From Coprobacillaceae bacterium (GTDB lineage: Bacteria > Bacillota_I > Bacilli_A > Erysipelotrichales > Coprobacillaceae), in NCBI GenBank assembly GCA_963675515.1, contig OY776328.1, positions 1,170,001 to 1,202,000 of the forward strand: a stretch of 32,000 bases of DNA. Direction: 5' to 3'. The notes beneath the pieces were generated by a model that did no database searches, had not been told where the DNA came from, and worked only from the letters and a program-made list of their open reading frames with translations. Of the stretch, positions 1-7,902 are shown in pieces; the first letter of the stretch is position 1; each line of letters starts with the position of its first letter. The position numbers and the translations under genes are program-made.

Positions 1-4
1 AATT

Positions 5-505
5 ATGGACGGAATGATTCAATGGTTCATCGCTACTTTTGGCGGGGTGTTTTCAAAAGAAATGATTGTGTTTTTGGTGTCGATAACACCGATTCTCGAA
101 TGCCGGGGCGGCTTGATCGTGGCATCGTTATTGGGTGTCAGCCTTACAACGGCATTGCCGATTGCGATATTGGCCAATGTGGTGATTATTCCGTTCATCC
201 TGATTTTCATCAAGCGACTTTTCGCCTTCTTGAAGCAGTTCTCAATTTTCAAAGGGCTGATTGAAAAAATCGAGGCCCGGGCCCTTCACAAAAGCAAGGA
301 TCTCGACAAGGGCGAGTTTATCGGGCTTTTGCTTTTCGTGGGGATCCCGCTTCCGGGCACCGGAGCCTATACCGGAACGCTTCTTGCTTCATTGCTTGAG
401 ATGGATGTCAAGAAAGCTTCCCTGGCCATATTCCTGGGGGTGCTCATGTCATCGACGATCATGTCGATATTTTCATACGGGCTCTTGGGTCATCTGTTTT
501 TCTGA
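5..505 (+). CDS. Small multidrug export protein family membrane protein (COG2426/PF06695-like)
   Basis: 166-aa ORF with several hydrophobic helices. The N-terminal ...ITPILECRGGL... and central GIPLPGTGAYTG motifs are typical of this family. The ATG at position 5 means the upstream signals are off-window. Confidence 0.7.
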   Translation: MDGMIQWFIATFGGVFSKEMIVFLVSITPILECRGGLIVASLLGVSLTTALPIAILANVVIIPFILIFIKRLFAFLKQFSIFKGLIEKIEARALHKSKDLDKGEFIGLLLFVGIPLPGTGAYTGTLLASLLEMDVKKASLAIFLGVLMSSTIMSIFSYGLLGHLFF

Positions 506-525
506 TTGGATAGGGAGGAATCATA

Positions 526-1023
526 ATGGAATTTGTCAAAGTTGAAGCCGGCGACAGAAAGGCCATCGAAGAACTTTCAGCCATGGCGTGTACGATTGTC
601 AAGGAATACTACGAAAAGCTCCTGGGAAGTGACCAGAATGATTATATGATCGAGAAGTTCCAGTCTTTTAAGGCGATAACAACCCAGCTAGATTCAGGCT
701 ATAATTACTATGTCCTGGAAAGTGACAATGAACCGGTCGGTTTCATCGGCTTCTATCCCAATGGGAAAAGGATGTACCTGAGCAAGTTCTACTTCGCCAA
801 ATCCGCCAGGGGCAAAGGGCTAGGTAAAAAGACACTGGCGTTTCTGGTTGATAAGACCCGTGCAAAGGGGCTTGAGAGCATCTATCTCAATGTGAACAAG
901 TACAACGAGTCGATCAAAGCGTACGAGAAAATGGGCTTTGCCAGGATCGGCGAGGAAGTGAACGATATCGGCAACGGCTATGTCATGGATGATTATGTCT
1001 ATGAATACAAATTGTTTGATTGA
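526..1023 (+). CDS. GNAT family N-acetyltransferase
   Basis: 165-aa ORF preceded by the SD GGGAGGA. It carries the acetyl-CoA binding motif region ...AKSARGKGLGKKTL... and the YEKMGF motif typical of GNAT folds. Confidence 0.85.
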   Translation: MEFVKVEAGDRKAIEELSAMACTIVKEYYEKLLGSDQNDYMIEKFQSFKAITTQLDSGYNYYVLESDNEPVGFIGFYPNGKRMYLSKFYFAKSARGKGLGKKTLAFLVDKTRAKGLESIYLNVNKYNESIKAYEKMGFARIGEEVNDIGNGYVMDDYVYEYKLFD

Positions 1024-1039
1024 ATTGCCACAAATTGTT

Positions 1040-1068
1040 AAAAGCTCCGCTACGGCGGAGCTTTTTTC
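1040..1068. terminator. Bidirectional rho-independent terminator between convergent genes
   Basis: The stem GCTCCGC (1044-1050) pairs with GCGGAGC (1055-1061) across a TACG loop. An A-run lies 5' and a T-run 3' (1062-1067). Confidence 0.7.
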
Positions 1069-1078
1069 TCGACTTTGA

Positions 1079-1783
1079 TCAGGTTACGGAAAACATGTTG
1101 TAGAGCTTAAGCAGCCTGATGTCTTCCTTGGAGATCTTCAGCTGGCTGATAAGCTGCTCGTCTTCGACCAGTTTTTCCTTGGAAAGAAGCATCTTTGAGG
1201 CAACGGGCATCATCGGCCGCGATGAGAATCCGTTGAAAAGCCCCCATTTCACCGGAGCGTCCAAAAAGGCTGCCAGGATCTGGACACTTGCCTTTTCCAT
1301 GGGCGAGTCCTGGTTGGTCAGGAAGATGTTCGTGATGGCATCGTAGTGCTCCATATGTCCGGTGTAGGTGTTTTCGCAATTCTGGTACGAATCGAATTCA
1401 TTGATGTTCATATACATCATCAGCTTGAAGGTGTTGTCGGCGATCTCGTCGATGACGATAAAAAGGCATCGAATCAGGATGTTCGCCCGGCCGTCGTAAA
1501 AGTAGCCATAGAAACGTCCGACGTTCTTGAAAAAGGCTGGCATATCCTTTTGAGTCCGGGCTGTTTCGCTTTGGGGATAGTAAAGAAGCTTGTCGACGGA
1601 GACATCAAGGGCTTTGGCGATGTCGTATAGGGTTTCGATGTCAAGGGCGATTTCTCCCTTTTCGTATTTGGAAATGGCCGATTTGCTTTTGAAGATAAGT
1701 TGGGCTAGTTGTTCCAGGGTAAGTTGACGCATTTTCCGGTACGTCCGGATATTCTTTCCTACTTCCTGCTTGATATTGTGCAT
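1079..1783 (-). CDS. XRE-family helix-turn-helix transcriptional regulator with an uncharacterised C-terminal domain
   Basis: 234 aa. The N-terminal HTH_3 signature is IRTYRKMRQLTLEQLAQLIFKSKSAISKYEKGE. The SD AAGGAG lies upstream of the ATG at 1783. The gene is divergent from the C-S lyase gene. Confidence 0.85.
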   Translation of the reverse strand: MHNIKQEVGKNIRTYRKMRQLTLEQLAQLIFKSKSAISKYEKGEIALDIETLYDIAKALDVSVDKLLYYPQSETARTQKDMPAFFKNVGRFYGYFYDGRANILIRCLFIVIDEIADNTFKLMMYMNINEFDSYQNCENTYTGHMEHYDAITNIFLTNQDSPMEKASVQILAAFLDAPVKWGLFNGFSSRPMMPVASKMLLSKEKLVEDEQLISQLKISKEDIRLLKLYNMFSVT

Positions 1784-1935
1784 GATCTCTCCTTGGGTTT
1801 CCTACAAATCCACAAAAAGCGGATTTTGACAGTTAATTTTTCCTTCCAGTCAAAATGTACCACGGATCAGGTCAAAAATCTACCCAGAAGAAACAATAAA
1901 CAAAAAAAGTTTCTTCCAAGGAAACCTGGGGTCAT

Positions 1936-1964
1936 TTGTAAACATCCTTTCATACTGCTAGAAT
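1936..1964 (+). promoter_or_regulatory. Candidate sigma-A promoter for the C-S lyase gene
   Basis: TTGTAA (1936-1941), 17-nt spacer, TAGAAT (1959-1964), about 45 nt upstream of the ATG at 2009. Confidence 0.35.
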
Positions 1965-2008
1965 ATGTGTGTATACTAAAAGCAGCTGCCAATTTGAAGG
2001 AGAATATT

Positions 2009-3220
2009 ATGTTTGATTTTGATGAGATTATCGATAGGAACAACACCAATGCCATCAGCGTCGAGGGGTATCAAGATTACTTGTTCGCATCTAACTCCGG
2101 TTTAAAGCTTAATGAAGGGAGCGGGATTGTAAGAATGTGGATCGCCGATATGGATTTTGCCACCCCGGATTTCGTCCTGGATGCCATCAAAAAGCGCCTG
2201 GACCGGAAAATCCTTGGTTATTCCAAGATCTTCGACCAGGAATATTATGAAGCATTCAATTCCTGGCTGGCAAGACAATATGACTGGCAGGTCGATTCCG
2301 CCCACGTGCTCCCTTCGCTGGGAATCATTCCGGCACTCAATGACCTGGTGGGCCTGCTGACAAATGAGGACGAGAAGGTCCTGATTCTCACCCCGTCTTA
2401 TGGCTACTTTGAAAAAGCGGTGGAGCAAAGCAACCGGAAGCTGGTATGCTCGAACCTTATCAACAATGACGGTCACTTCGCCATCAACTATGAAGAGATT
2501 GAGGATATTGTCAAGGATGAAAAGGTGTCCATGTGCATTTTCTGCCACCCTCACAATCCGACCGGACGGCTCTGGAAAGAAGAGGAACTGACCCGCCTGG
2601 GGAACATCCTGATCGAAAGAAACATCTGGATTGTCAGTGACGAGATCCATTGCGATCTGCTGCGGCGCGGCAAGAGACATCAGCCACTGGCCAAGCATTT
2701 CCCGGACTATACCCGGGTCATAACCTGCATGTCCTGCTCAAAGACATTCAACATGGCCGGGATGATGCTGGCCAATATCATTATTCCTGACGATCAGGCC
2801 CGGACGCTGTGGCTGCAAAAAAACCAAGGAATGGTAAATCCCCTGGCTATTGCCGGAGTCAAGGCGGCCTATGAACACGGAGTACAATACTTGAACTGCC
2901 TGCAAAGCTATCTTGATGAAAATTTTGCTTTTTTGGATGACTACCTGGCAACCCATCTGCCCTTGGCAAAATTCCAGATACCTGAGGCAACTTACCTTGC
3001 CTGGATCGATCTCAATGATTATCTTGACGATGCCCAGAAGGATGTGATCGGTTTGGATATCGCCACAAAAGCCGGTGTGATCGTCGAGGGGGGCGACATG
3101 TTCGTGCAAAACGGAAAGGGATTCATCCGATTGAACATCGCTGTGCCTAAACCTGTACTGGCGATTGGACTTGATTGGCTTTGCCGCTATCTAAATGGAT
3201 CGCTTGAAAGAAGAGTCTGA
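2009..3220 (+). CDS. patB: PLP-dependent cystathionine beta-lyase / C-S lyase of the MalY/PatB aminotransferase class I/II family
   Basis: The tracked ORF 1709-3220 is trimmed to the ATG at 2009, which is preceded by the SD GAAGGAG (1996-2002). The N-terminus FDFDEIIDRNNTNA is typical of PatB/MalY. The PLP-lysine motif is SCSKTFNMAG and HPHNPTG is also present. Confidence 0.9.
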   Translation: MFDFDEIIDRNNTNAISVEGYQDYLFASNSGLKLNEGSGIVRMWIADMDFATPDFVLDAIKKRLDRKILGYSKIFDQEYYEAFNSWLARQYDWQVDSAHVLPSLGIIPALNDLVGLLTNEDEKVLILTPSYGYFEKAVEQSNRKLVCSNLINNDGHFAINYEEIEDIVKDEKVSMCIFCHPHNPTGRLWKEEELTRLGNILIERNIWIVSDEIHCDLLRRGKRHQPLAKHFPDYTRVITCMSCSKTFNMAGMMLANIIIPDDQARTLWLQKNQGMVNPLAIAGVKAAYEHGVQYLNCLQSYLDENFAFLDDYLATHLPLAKFQIPEATYLAWIDLNDYLDDAQKDVIGLDIATKAGVIVEGGDMFVQNGKGFIRLNIAVPKPVLAIGLDWLCRYLNGSLERRV

Positions 3221-3243
3221 ACTTAAAAGTTCCGATTTTTTTT
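3216..3243 (+). terminator. Weak rho-independent terminator after the C-S lyase gene
   Basis: TCTGAAC (3216-3222) pairs with GTTCCGA (3229-3235) with one mismatch and is followed by a T8 run (3236-3243). Confidence 0.45.
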
Positions 3244-3252
3244 GAGATGTTA

Positions 3253-3280
3253 TTGACATATGCCCGAAATGGCGTATACT
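3253..3280 (+). promoter_or_regulatory. Orphan near-consensus sigma-A promoter
   Basis: TTGACA (3253-3258), 16-nt spacer, TATACT (3275-3280). No convincing ORF lies in the following ~220 nt. Confidence 0.4.
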
Positions 3281-3500
3281 GTAAGTGTAAAGAACATATG
3301 TCCTAAACGTAAAGCTGCTGTAGCTAAAGATAAGGACATCAAATAAGAAAACATGGCACCAAATTGTGCCGGTGAAAAAGGGGGACGGGCAATATGATGG
3401 ATGGTTGATCAACCAATAAGGTATGGAATAAAAAAATCGATAAATGGAAGTGTCGCATTATTGGATTGCCCCATTGGTTCTATCTTCCAATCAAATCCAT

Positions 3501-3529
3501 TTCAAAGGTGATTACTGTGGTGATATAAT
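3501..3529 (+). promoter_or_regulatory. Candidate extended -10 promoter for the MBL-fold/DUF5320 operon
   Basis: TTCAAA (3501-3506), 17-nt spacer ending in TGA, then TATAAT (3524-3529). This leaves a ~140-nt leader before the ATG at 3673. Confidence 0.45.
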
Positions 3530-3672
3530 TGATACCAGGTATTACTGATCGGATATGGCTTGGAACAACATGCTTAGAATATTGGAATATCCGGCATTCT
3601 ACTGATTCACGCGGGTGACTTGATTCTGGCGGGGCTTTGTCACAATGACTAAAATAAAAGGATGGCAATCAT

Positions 3673-4509
3673 ATGGGCGTAAGAATAACAACACTAATTG
3701 AAAACAATCCAGACAGCAATGGCGAACTTTTGGTTGAGCATGGGCTCTCACTTTATCTGGAAGTCGACGGTTTGAAAATACTGTTTGATACAGGGCAATC
3801 GGGGAAGTTCCTTGAAAATGCAAAAAAAATGAATATTGATTTAAGCCGGCTCGATTATATCATTATCTCCCATGGTCACTATGATCATGCCAATGGATTG
3901 AAAGAACTGCTCAAAGCCACAGATGCAAGGCCGACCCTGATTGTGGGCAGCGAATTCTTCAAAAAAAAATACAAGCTTCTTGATGATGGAGGATATCGCT
4001 ATAATGGGATCAACTTCTCTGAGGGGTTTATCGCTGAAAATATGCCCATGATAAAGGTTCATGGCGATGTATATCAGCTAAGTGAGAACGTGACTATTTA
4101 CCATAATTTTGACAAAACCAATGATTTTGAGGGATTGAACAAGAAATTTTACTGCCAGGAAGGATCGGATAAAGTCATAGATGATTTTGCGGATGAAATC
4201 TCACTGGCTGTCAATACCAAGGAAGGACTGGTGGTCATTGTCGGGTGCTCCCACGTTGGAGTTGTCAATATCCTGAATACCATTGCTACAAAAAACAACA
4301 GTCCTTTATTCGGGGTGGTCGGAGGAACCCATCTGGTTGAAGCGGATTCAGCCAGAATCGATTCGACAATCGCATTCTTTAAAGAAAAGAATCTGAAAAT
4401 GGTGGCGGTGTCCCACTGTACCGGAGAACAAGGATTGAAAGAAGTTATGAAACAAATGCCCGAGGAATTTGTCTTCAACAATTCCGGGAATGTGATAACT
4501 TTGGACTGA
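3673..4509 (+). CDS. MBL-fold metallo-hydrolase (COG1237-like)
   Basis: 278 aa. It has the HxHxDH zinc motif in IISHGHYDHANGL and the N-terminal ITTLIENN...VEHGLSLYLE pattern typical of COG1237 MBL proteins. Confidence 0.85.
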   Translation: MGVRITTLIENNPDSNGELLVEHGLSLYLEVDGLKILFDTGQSGKFLENAKKMNIDLSRLDYIIISHGHYDHANGLKELLKATDARPTLIVGSEFFKKKYKLLDDGGYRYNGINFSEGFIAENMPMIKVHGDVYQLSENVTIYHNFDKTNDFEGLNKKFYCQEGSDKVIDDFADEISLAVNTKEGLVVIVGCSHVGVVNILNTIATKNNSPLFGVVGGTHLVEADSARIDSTIAFFKEKNLKMVAVSHCTGEQGLKEVMKQMPEEFVFNNSGNVITLD

Positions 4510-4592
4510 TCAAAATATGCAGCACTAAAAATTAATCAGACGGTGCCGCCTTTCGAGGCGCCATAAGGATAAAAAAGAAAAGGAGAATAAAA

Positions 4593-4898
4593 ATGCCAGC
4601 TAGAGACGGAACAGGACCGATGTCACAAGGTCCAAAAACAGGAAGACAAATGGGAGATTGCGCCAATATGGACAATCAGGGATTTACCCGTTGTGGATCA
4701 GGTGAACAGAAATTCGCACGCAGGGGGAAAGCTTATTGCAATAACCCTCGTGGACGTCGCTTTTTAAACCAGAGGTTTGCCAGCGCGAAAACCGATGGTT
4801 ATCAAAAAGAGGTTTTGGAAAAAGAAGTGGCTGAACTTGAAGGCCGTTTGAATGATGTCAAAGCCCAGTTAGGACGGCTTAATTCAAGCGAAGACTAG
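4593..4898 (+). CDS. DUF5320 family protein
   Basis: 101 aa, preceded by the SD AAAGGAG. The N-terminus MPARDGTGPMSQGPKTGRQMGDC matches the conserved DUF5320 opening, and the C-terminus is a coiled coil. Confidence 0.8.
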   Translation: MPARDGTGPMSQGPKTGRQMGDCANMDNQGFTRCGSGEQKFARRGKAYCNNPRGRRFLNQRFASAKTDGYQKEVLEKEVAELEGRLNDVKAQLGRLNSSED

Positions 4899-4902
4899 AA
4901 TC

Positions 4903-4932
4903 AAGAGGAAGAATCAAACTTCCTCTTTTTTG
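4903..4932 (+). terminator. Rho-independent terminator
   Basis: AAGAGGAAG (4903-4911) pairs with CTTCCTCTT (4919-4927) and is followed by a T-run. Confidence 0.7.
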
Positions 4933-5020
4933 GTTAGTGTAGTGTTATGGAGTACGCAATTTGTGGAATTATTCTGATTCGGGTTGAAATCAGCGGGAAA
5001 TTAGAAAATGGCGGACAGGA

Positions 5021-5050
5021 AAAAATACCGGTTGACTTCAACCGGTATTT
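5021..5050 (-). terminator. Rho-independent terminator for the oxidoreductase gene
   Basis: ATACCGGTT (5025-5033) pairs with AACCGGTAT (5040-5048). The A-run at 5021-5024 reads as a T-run on the minus strand. Confidence 0.65.
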
Positions 5051-5054
5051 GGCT

Positions 5055-6410
5055 TTATTTATCATTTCGCAACTTAAGTAGTGCGTTTTGCGCGGCTTTG
5101 ATGATAGGATATGCTGCCGGTGAAGCCGTCAACATAGGCTGAGTTCCGATTTGCGACACCAACAGATCCATCAAGGTCAATCCCCCCTGGATAATGAAAC
5201 CAAGGACATTGGTCAGTTCACCGGCGCTGACGCCCCCAATGACTTCCCCACCCAATATTTTCAAGCTGTCCTTGGAAACAATCAGCTTGACCATCTGCTT
5301 GTGGGCGTTGTTAAGTTTTCCAGGATGACGGTCAATCCCGGCAAATGAACCGGTAATTACGCTGAAACCCTCATTCAGGGCGGTGCGCTCTATCAGCCCT
5401 GCAACCCCGTAGGCAGACTCGCCGATGCTTGTTGAATAGATTCCGATCGTACCTCCAAATGATTGGTAAGTTGAAAGGTGGAAGAGGTTCAATCCTGCGA
5501 CGCGAGCTTCCGCACAGGCGGTTGATGCCAGCATTATTGAAGACGGTTTTCCTGTGGCGAAATCTTTTTTGGCTGCACAGTCGCCAACCGCAAAGATATC
5601 CTTGCGTGAAGTCCGCATATATTGGTCAACTTGAATGAATCCGAGTTCATTAAGACGCAGATTGATATTTTGTGCAAGTTGGGTGTTTGGACAATAACCC
5701 ATAGCCAGGACTACGGCATCGGCATCCAGGGTTTGTCCGTTGGCCAATTTTACTTTTGCCACTTTGTCTGTCCCGATTATTTCTTCGACTCCGATGCCGG
5801 TTATAATATTAACATTGCGTTTTGCAAGTTCCTCCTGGGCATCCATCGCGATGTCCTCGTCAAATGCCGCTCCCAGGATATGAGGCATGATCTCCACCAG
5901 AGTCACATTCTTGTCTTTTTTGTTTATTTCGTCCGATATTTCCACTCCGATGAATCCCGCCCCGATAACAACAATGTTCCGGCAACTGTCCAGTGAAGTG
6001 CTCAATTTATCAAGATATGCTTTGTTTTTTGGAACTGTGAAGACATTATTAAGATCGCTGCCCTTCAACCATCCGGGAATAAAAGGCAAGGAACCTGTCG
6101 CGATAATCAGCTTGTCAAATCCGATCGTATCTCCAGCTACAGTGGTAATCTGATTTTGATCTCTGGATATTTCATCTACAACACCAATCTTGATTTCGAC
6201 TCCCAAATTGATCAATCCTTGATCGGGTAGGATATTTTCATTGGAGCTGTTCAATGAACCAAAGATATAGGGAATGCCACAAGGTATCATCACCTGCTCC
6301 TCTTTGCGGATAACCATAACTCTTTTTTCAGGGGCATTTGCCTTGGCGGTCATGGCTGCGGTCAATCCGGCGGCACTTCCACCAATCACTAAGACATCAA
6401 TTTTTTCCAT
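5055..6410 (-). CDS. FAD-dependent pyridine nucleotide-disulfide oxidoreductase (NADH oxidase / CoA-disulfide reductase-like)
   Basis: 451 aa. The N-terminal FAD fingerprint is VLVIGGSAAGLTAA, a candidate redox Cys sits in MIPCGIPY, and the second dinucleotide fold is VVIGAGFIGVE. An SD GAGGAGG lies upstream. Confidence 0.9.
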   Translation of the reverse strand: MEKIDVLVIGGSAAGLTAAMTAKANAPEKRVMVIRKEEQVMIPCGIPYIFGSLNSSNENILPDQGLINLGVEIKIGVVDEISRDQNQITTVAGDTIGFDKLIIATGSLPFIPGWLKGSDLNNVFTVPKNKAYLDKLSTSLDSCRNIVVIGAGFIGVEISDEINKKDKNVTLVEIMPHILGAAFDEDIAMDAQEELAKRNVNIITGIGVEEIIGTDKVAKVKLANGQTLDADAVVLAMGYCPNTQLAQNINLRLNELGFIQVDQYMRTSRKDIFAVGDCAAKKDFATGKPSSIMLASTACAEARVAGLNLFHLSTYQSFGGTIGIYSTSIGESAYGVAGLIERTALNEGFSVITGSFAGIDRHPGKLNNAHKQMVKLIVSKDSLKILGGEVIGGVSAGELTNVLGFIIQGGLTLMDLLVSQIGTQPMLTASPAAYPIIKAAQNALLKLRNDK

Positions 6411-6692
6411 ACGTTTTTCCTCCTCTTATTGCCTTGATTTTTCCAAAAAGAATCCAAAGCATTTATACTCTAATGTTACCGCTGTAATGAACATATGTCA
6501 AATAAAACAGCTTACATTTATTAACTGGTCGAGAACACTCGTGATTTTAGTAGTGGAGATGATCGACTGGTGTTCGTCCTTGCAACTGTGTTAGACGATG
6601 GCTTTTGTCTTAAATAACTATCGTTGAAATGGATCGGATAAGGACCATATTCTCTTTTATCGATAGCATGCCCCAACACCACATTTGATTAA

Positions 6693-7088
6693 AAACCAAA
6701 GACGGAAGGAAGAGTAGAAATACCTAAACCTAATGGAGAATTACGACCATTGGGAATACCGACGATGCATTATAGACTGATTCAACAGATGTTCAAACAG
6801 ATACTTGAACCAATCTGCGAAGCAAAGTTTCATAAGCATTCATATGGTTTTAGAGACAAACGCTCAACCCATAATGCTTTGTCAATATGTTGCCACATCG
6901 CCGATAATACACACAATCACTATATTGGTGATTTGGATAACGAATCGTTCTTTGACAATGTGGATATACATCTTGGAGTTTGTTGTTGGTGCCGAAAAAA
7001 TATTACTTATATCCAAAAATCCAATGTTTGGCAGTTTTTCATAAGGGACGATAATCAAATATTGAACTCACATGTATATGATGGTTAG
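6693..7088 (+). pseudogene. Group II intron reverse transcriptase (IEP) fragment, truncated at both ends
   Basis: The reading frame gives ...EIPKPNGELRPLGIPTMHYRLIQQ...SYGFRDKRSTHNAL...GDLDNESFFDNVD, which are RT motifs 0-3 of group II intron IEPs. There is no proper start (stop at 6690-6692), the ORF ends long before RT motifs 5-7 and the X domain, and the expected D in DRLIQ is replaced. Confidence 0.7.
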
Positions 7089-7131
7089 TTAAGTAATTAA
7101 ACTGAACCAAATTAAAAGAAGAATTAGACGG

Positions 7132-7165
7132 ACACCGTGAGCGGTGAAAGTCGCATGCACGGTGT
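7132..7165 (+). ncRNA. Group II intron domain V-like hairpin (remnant)
   Basis: ACACCGUG/CACGGUGU forms the lower helix. An asymmetric internal loop follows, then a GCGGU/GUCGC upper helix capped by a GAAA tetraloop. The layout resembles the consensus ..CCGU..GCG.UGAAAGUCGC..ACGG.., but the AGC catalytic triad position is not canonical. Confidence 0.45.
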
Positions 7166-7545
7166 GAAGCGTGGGAAAAGATGGAGATAACATCAAAATC
7201 TTACCTATCGCTGCAGATGTTCAATAGAAATTACTGATAAAATTGAACCGTCACAAACAAAGAGATACATAAAAAATACTGGGATAATGCATTAGGGCTT
7301 CAAAAAGTCGATAAACATACCTATGAATAGGGTATAAAAAATGGCTATTTCTAGCAATTAGTTCTTGATTGGTGATGGCTATCCGTACTTGCTGGCTATC
7401 TTAAAATTGAGCTTATGTGGCAATATTGTGGCAAGCGCAATCAGACAAAATAAAAAACGGCCTTTAATAGCCGTTATTTTCATTATGGTGCGAAGTGCTT
7501 CATCGTATGCGAACTATTTTCAATTTTCTAATCGTAATTAATCAT

Positions 7546-7573
7546 GTGTTGATTATTAAAATCAACACTTTTT
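7546..7573 (+). terminator. Rho-independent terminator-like hairpin in a gene-free region
   Basis: GTGTTGAT (7546-7553) pairs with ATCAACAC (7561-7568) and is followed by TTTTT (7569-7573). It terminates no tracked ORF. Confidence 0.5.
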
Positions 7574-7820
7574 GCGTTTAGATCATTGGAAATAGAATAG
7601 GTTATTGATTAACAGTTGGAATAGCCAAATGGGTTCGCAACATTGAAATGATGGCGACAAAACCTACATTTAAAACTATCTTGGTGAAATAGTAAGGCCG
7701 TGATTCCGCAAGACACACATACTGCGACTAGACTCAAGCAAGTCAGTATATAAGCTGGGAAATGCTATTGCCCATAACGGGGTAGTGGGGAGTACTTCTC
7801 CCTTTCAATAATCATTTTTT

Positions 7821-7873
7821 ATTAATGTATAATCGAATTATCCATTGATACTTATATTATACATTAATATAAA
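7821..7873 (+). promoter_or_regulatory. Candidate promoter of the Rep/Mob-like gene embedded in a 13-bp perfect inverted repeat
   Basis: The IR is ATTAATGTATAAT (7821-7833) with ATTATACATTAAT (7856-7868). TTGATA (7845-7850), a 17-nt spacer and TATAAA (7868-7873) lie ~30 nt upstream of the ATG at 7903. Confidence 0.4.
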
Positions 7874-7902
7874 TCAAATCAAGAAAAAAGAAAGGAAATA
7901 AA

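Noticed and set aside
1025-1031. Isolated TTGCCAC or GTGGCAA half-sites at 1025-1031, 8253-8260, 23672-23678 and 24008-24015.
   Set aside because: Single 7-8-mers are expected by chance a few times in 32 kb on two strands. They lie inside genes or remnants and lack a partner arm.
1709-2008. The N-terminal 100 codons of the tracked 503-aa ORF (1709-3220).
   Set aside because: This stretch overlaps the XRE gene start and the divergent promoter region. It has no start-site signals and no similarity to aminotransferases. The ATG at 2009 has a strong SD and begins the conserved FDFDEIIDR N-terminus.
2102-2698. A 198-aa antisense ORF inside the C-S lyase gene. Similar shadow ORFs include 1107-1379(-), 1346-1630(+), 2738-3109(-), 4149-4481(-), 5622-5996(+), 16661-16990(-), 17218-17577(+), 20115-20480(-), 20754-21077(+), 25193-25504(-), 27476-27781(-) and 30640-31116(-).
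   Set aside because: All lie entirely within, and out of frame or antisense to, ORFs with clear family motifs. They lack SD sequences and have low-complexity or odd composition, so they are typical shadow ORFs.
6274-6594. A 106-aa plus-strand ORF spanning the oxidoreductase start and its promoter region.
   Set aside because: It overlaps the 5' end of a well-supported minus-strand gene and its upstream region, and it has no SD or recognisable motif.
7497-7545. A GTGCG pentamer at 7497-7501 as a possible group II intron 5' end, and an 18-codon ORF (ATG 7495) ending just before the 7546-7573 terminator.
   Set aside because: GTGCG alone is uninformative, and the following sequence shows no domain I features that I can recognise. 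The mini-ORF has no SD.
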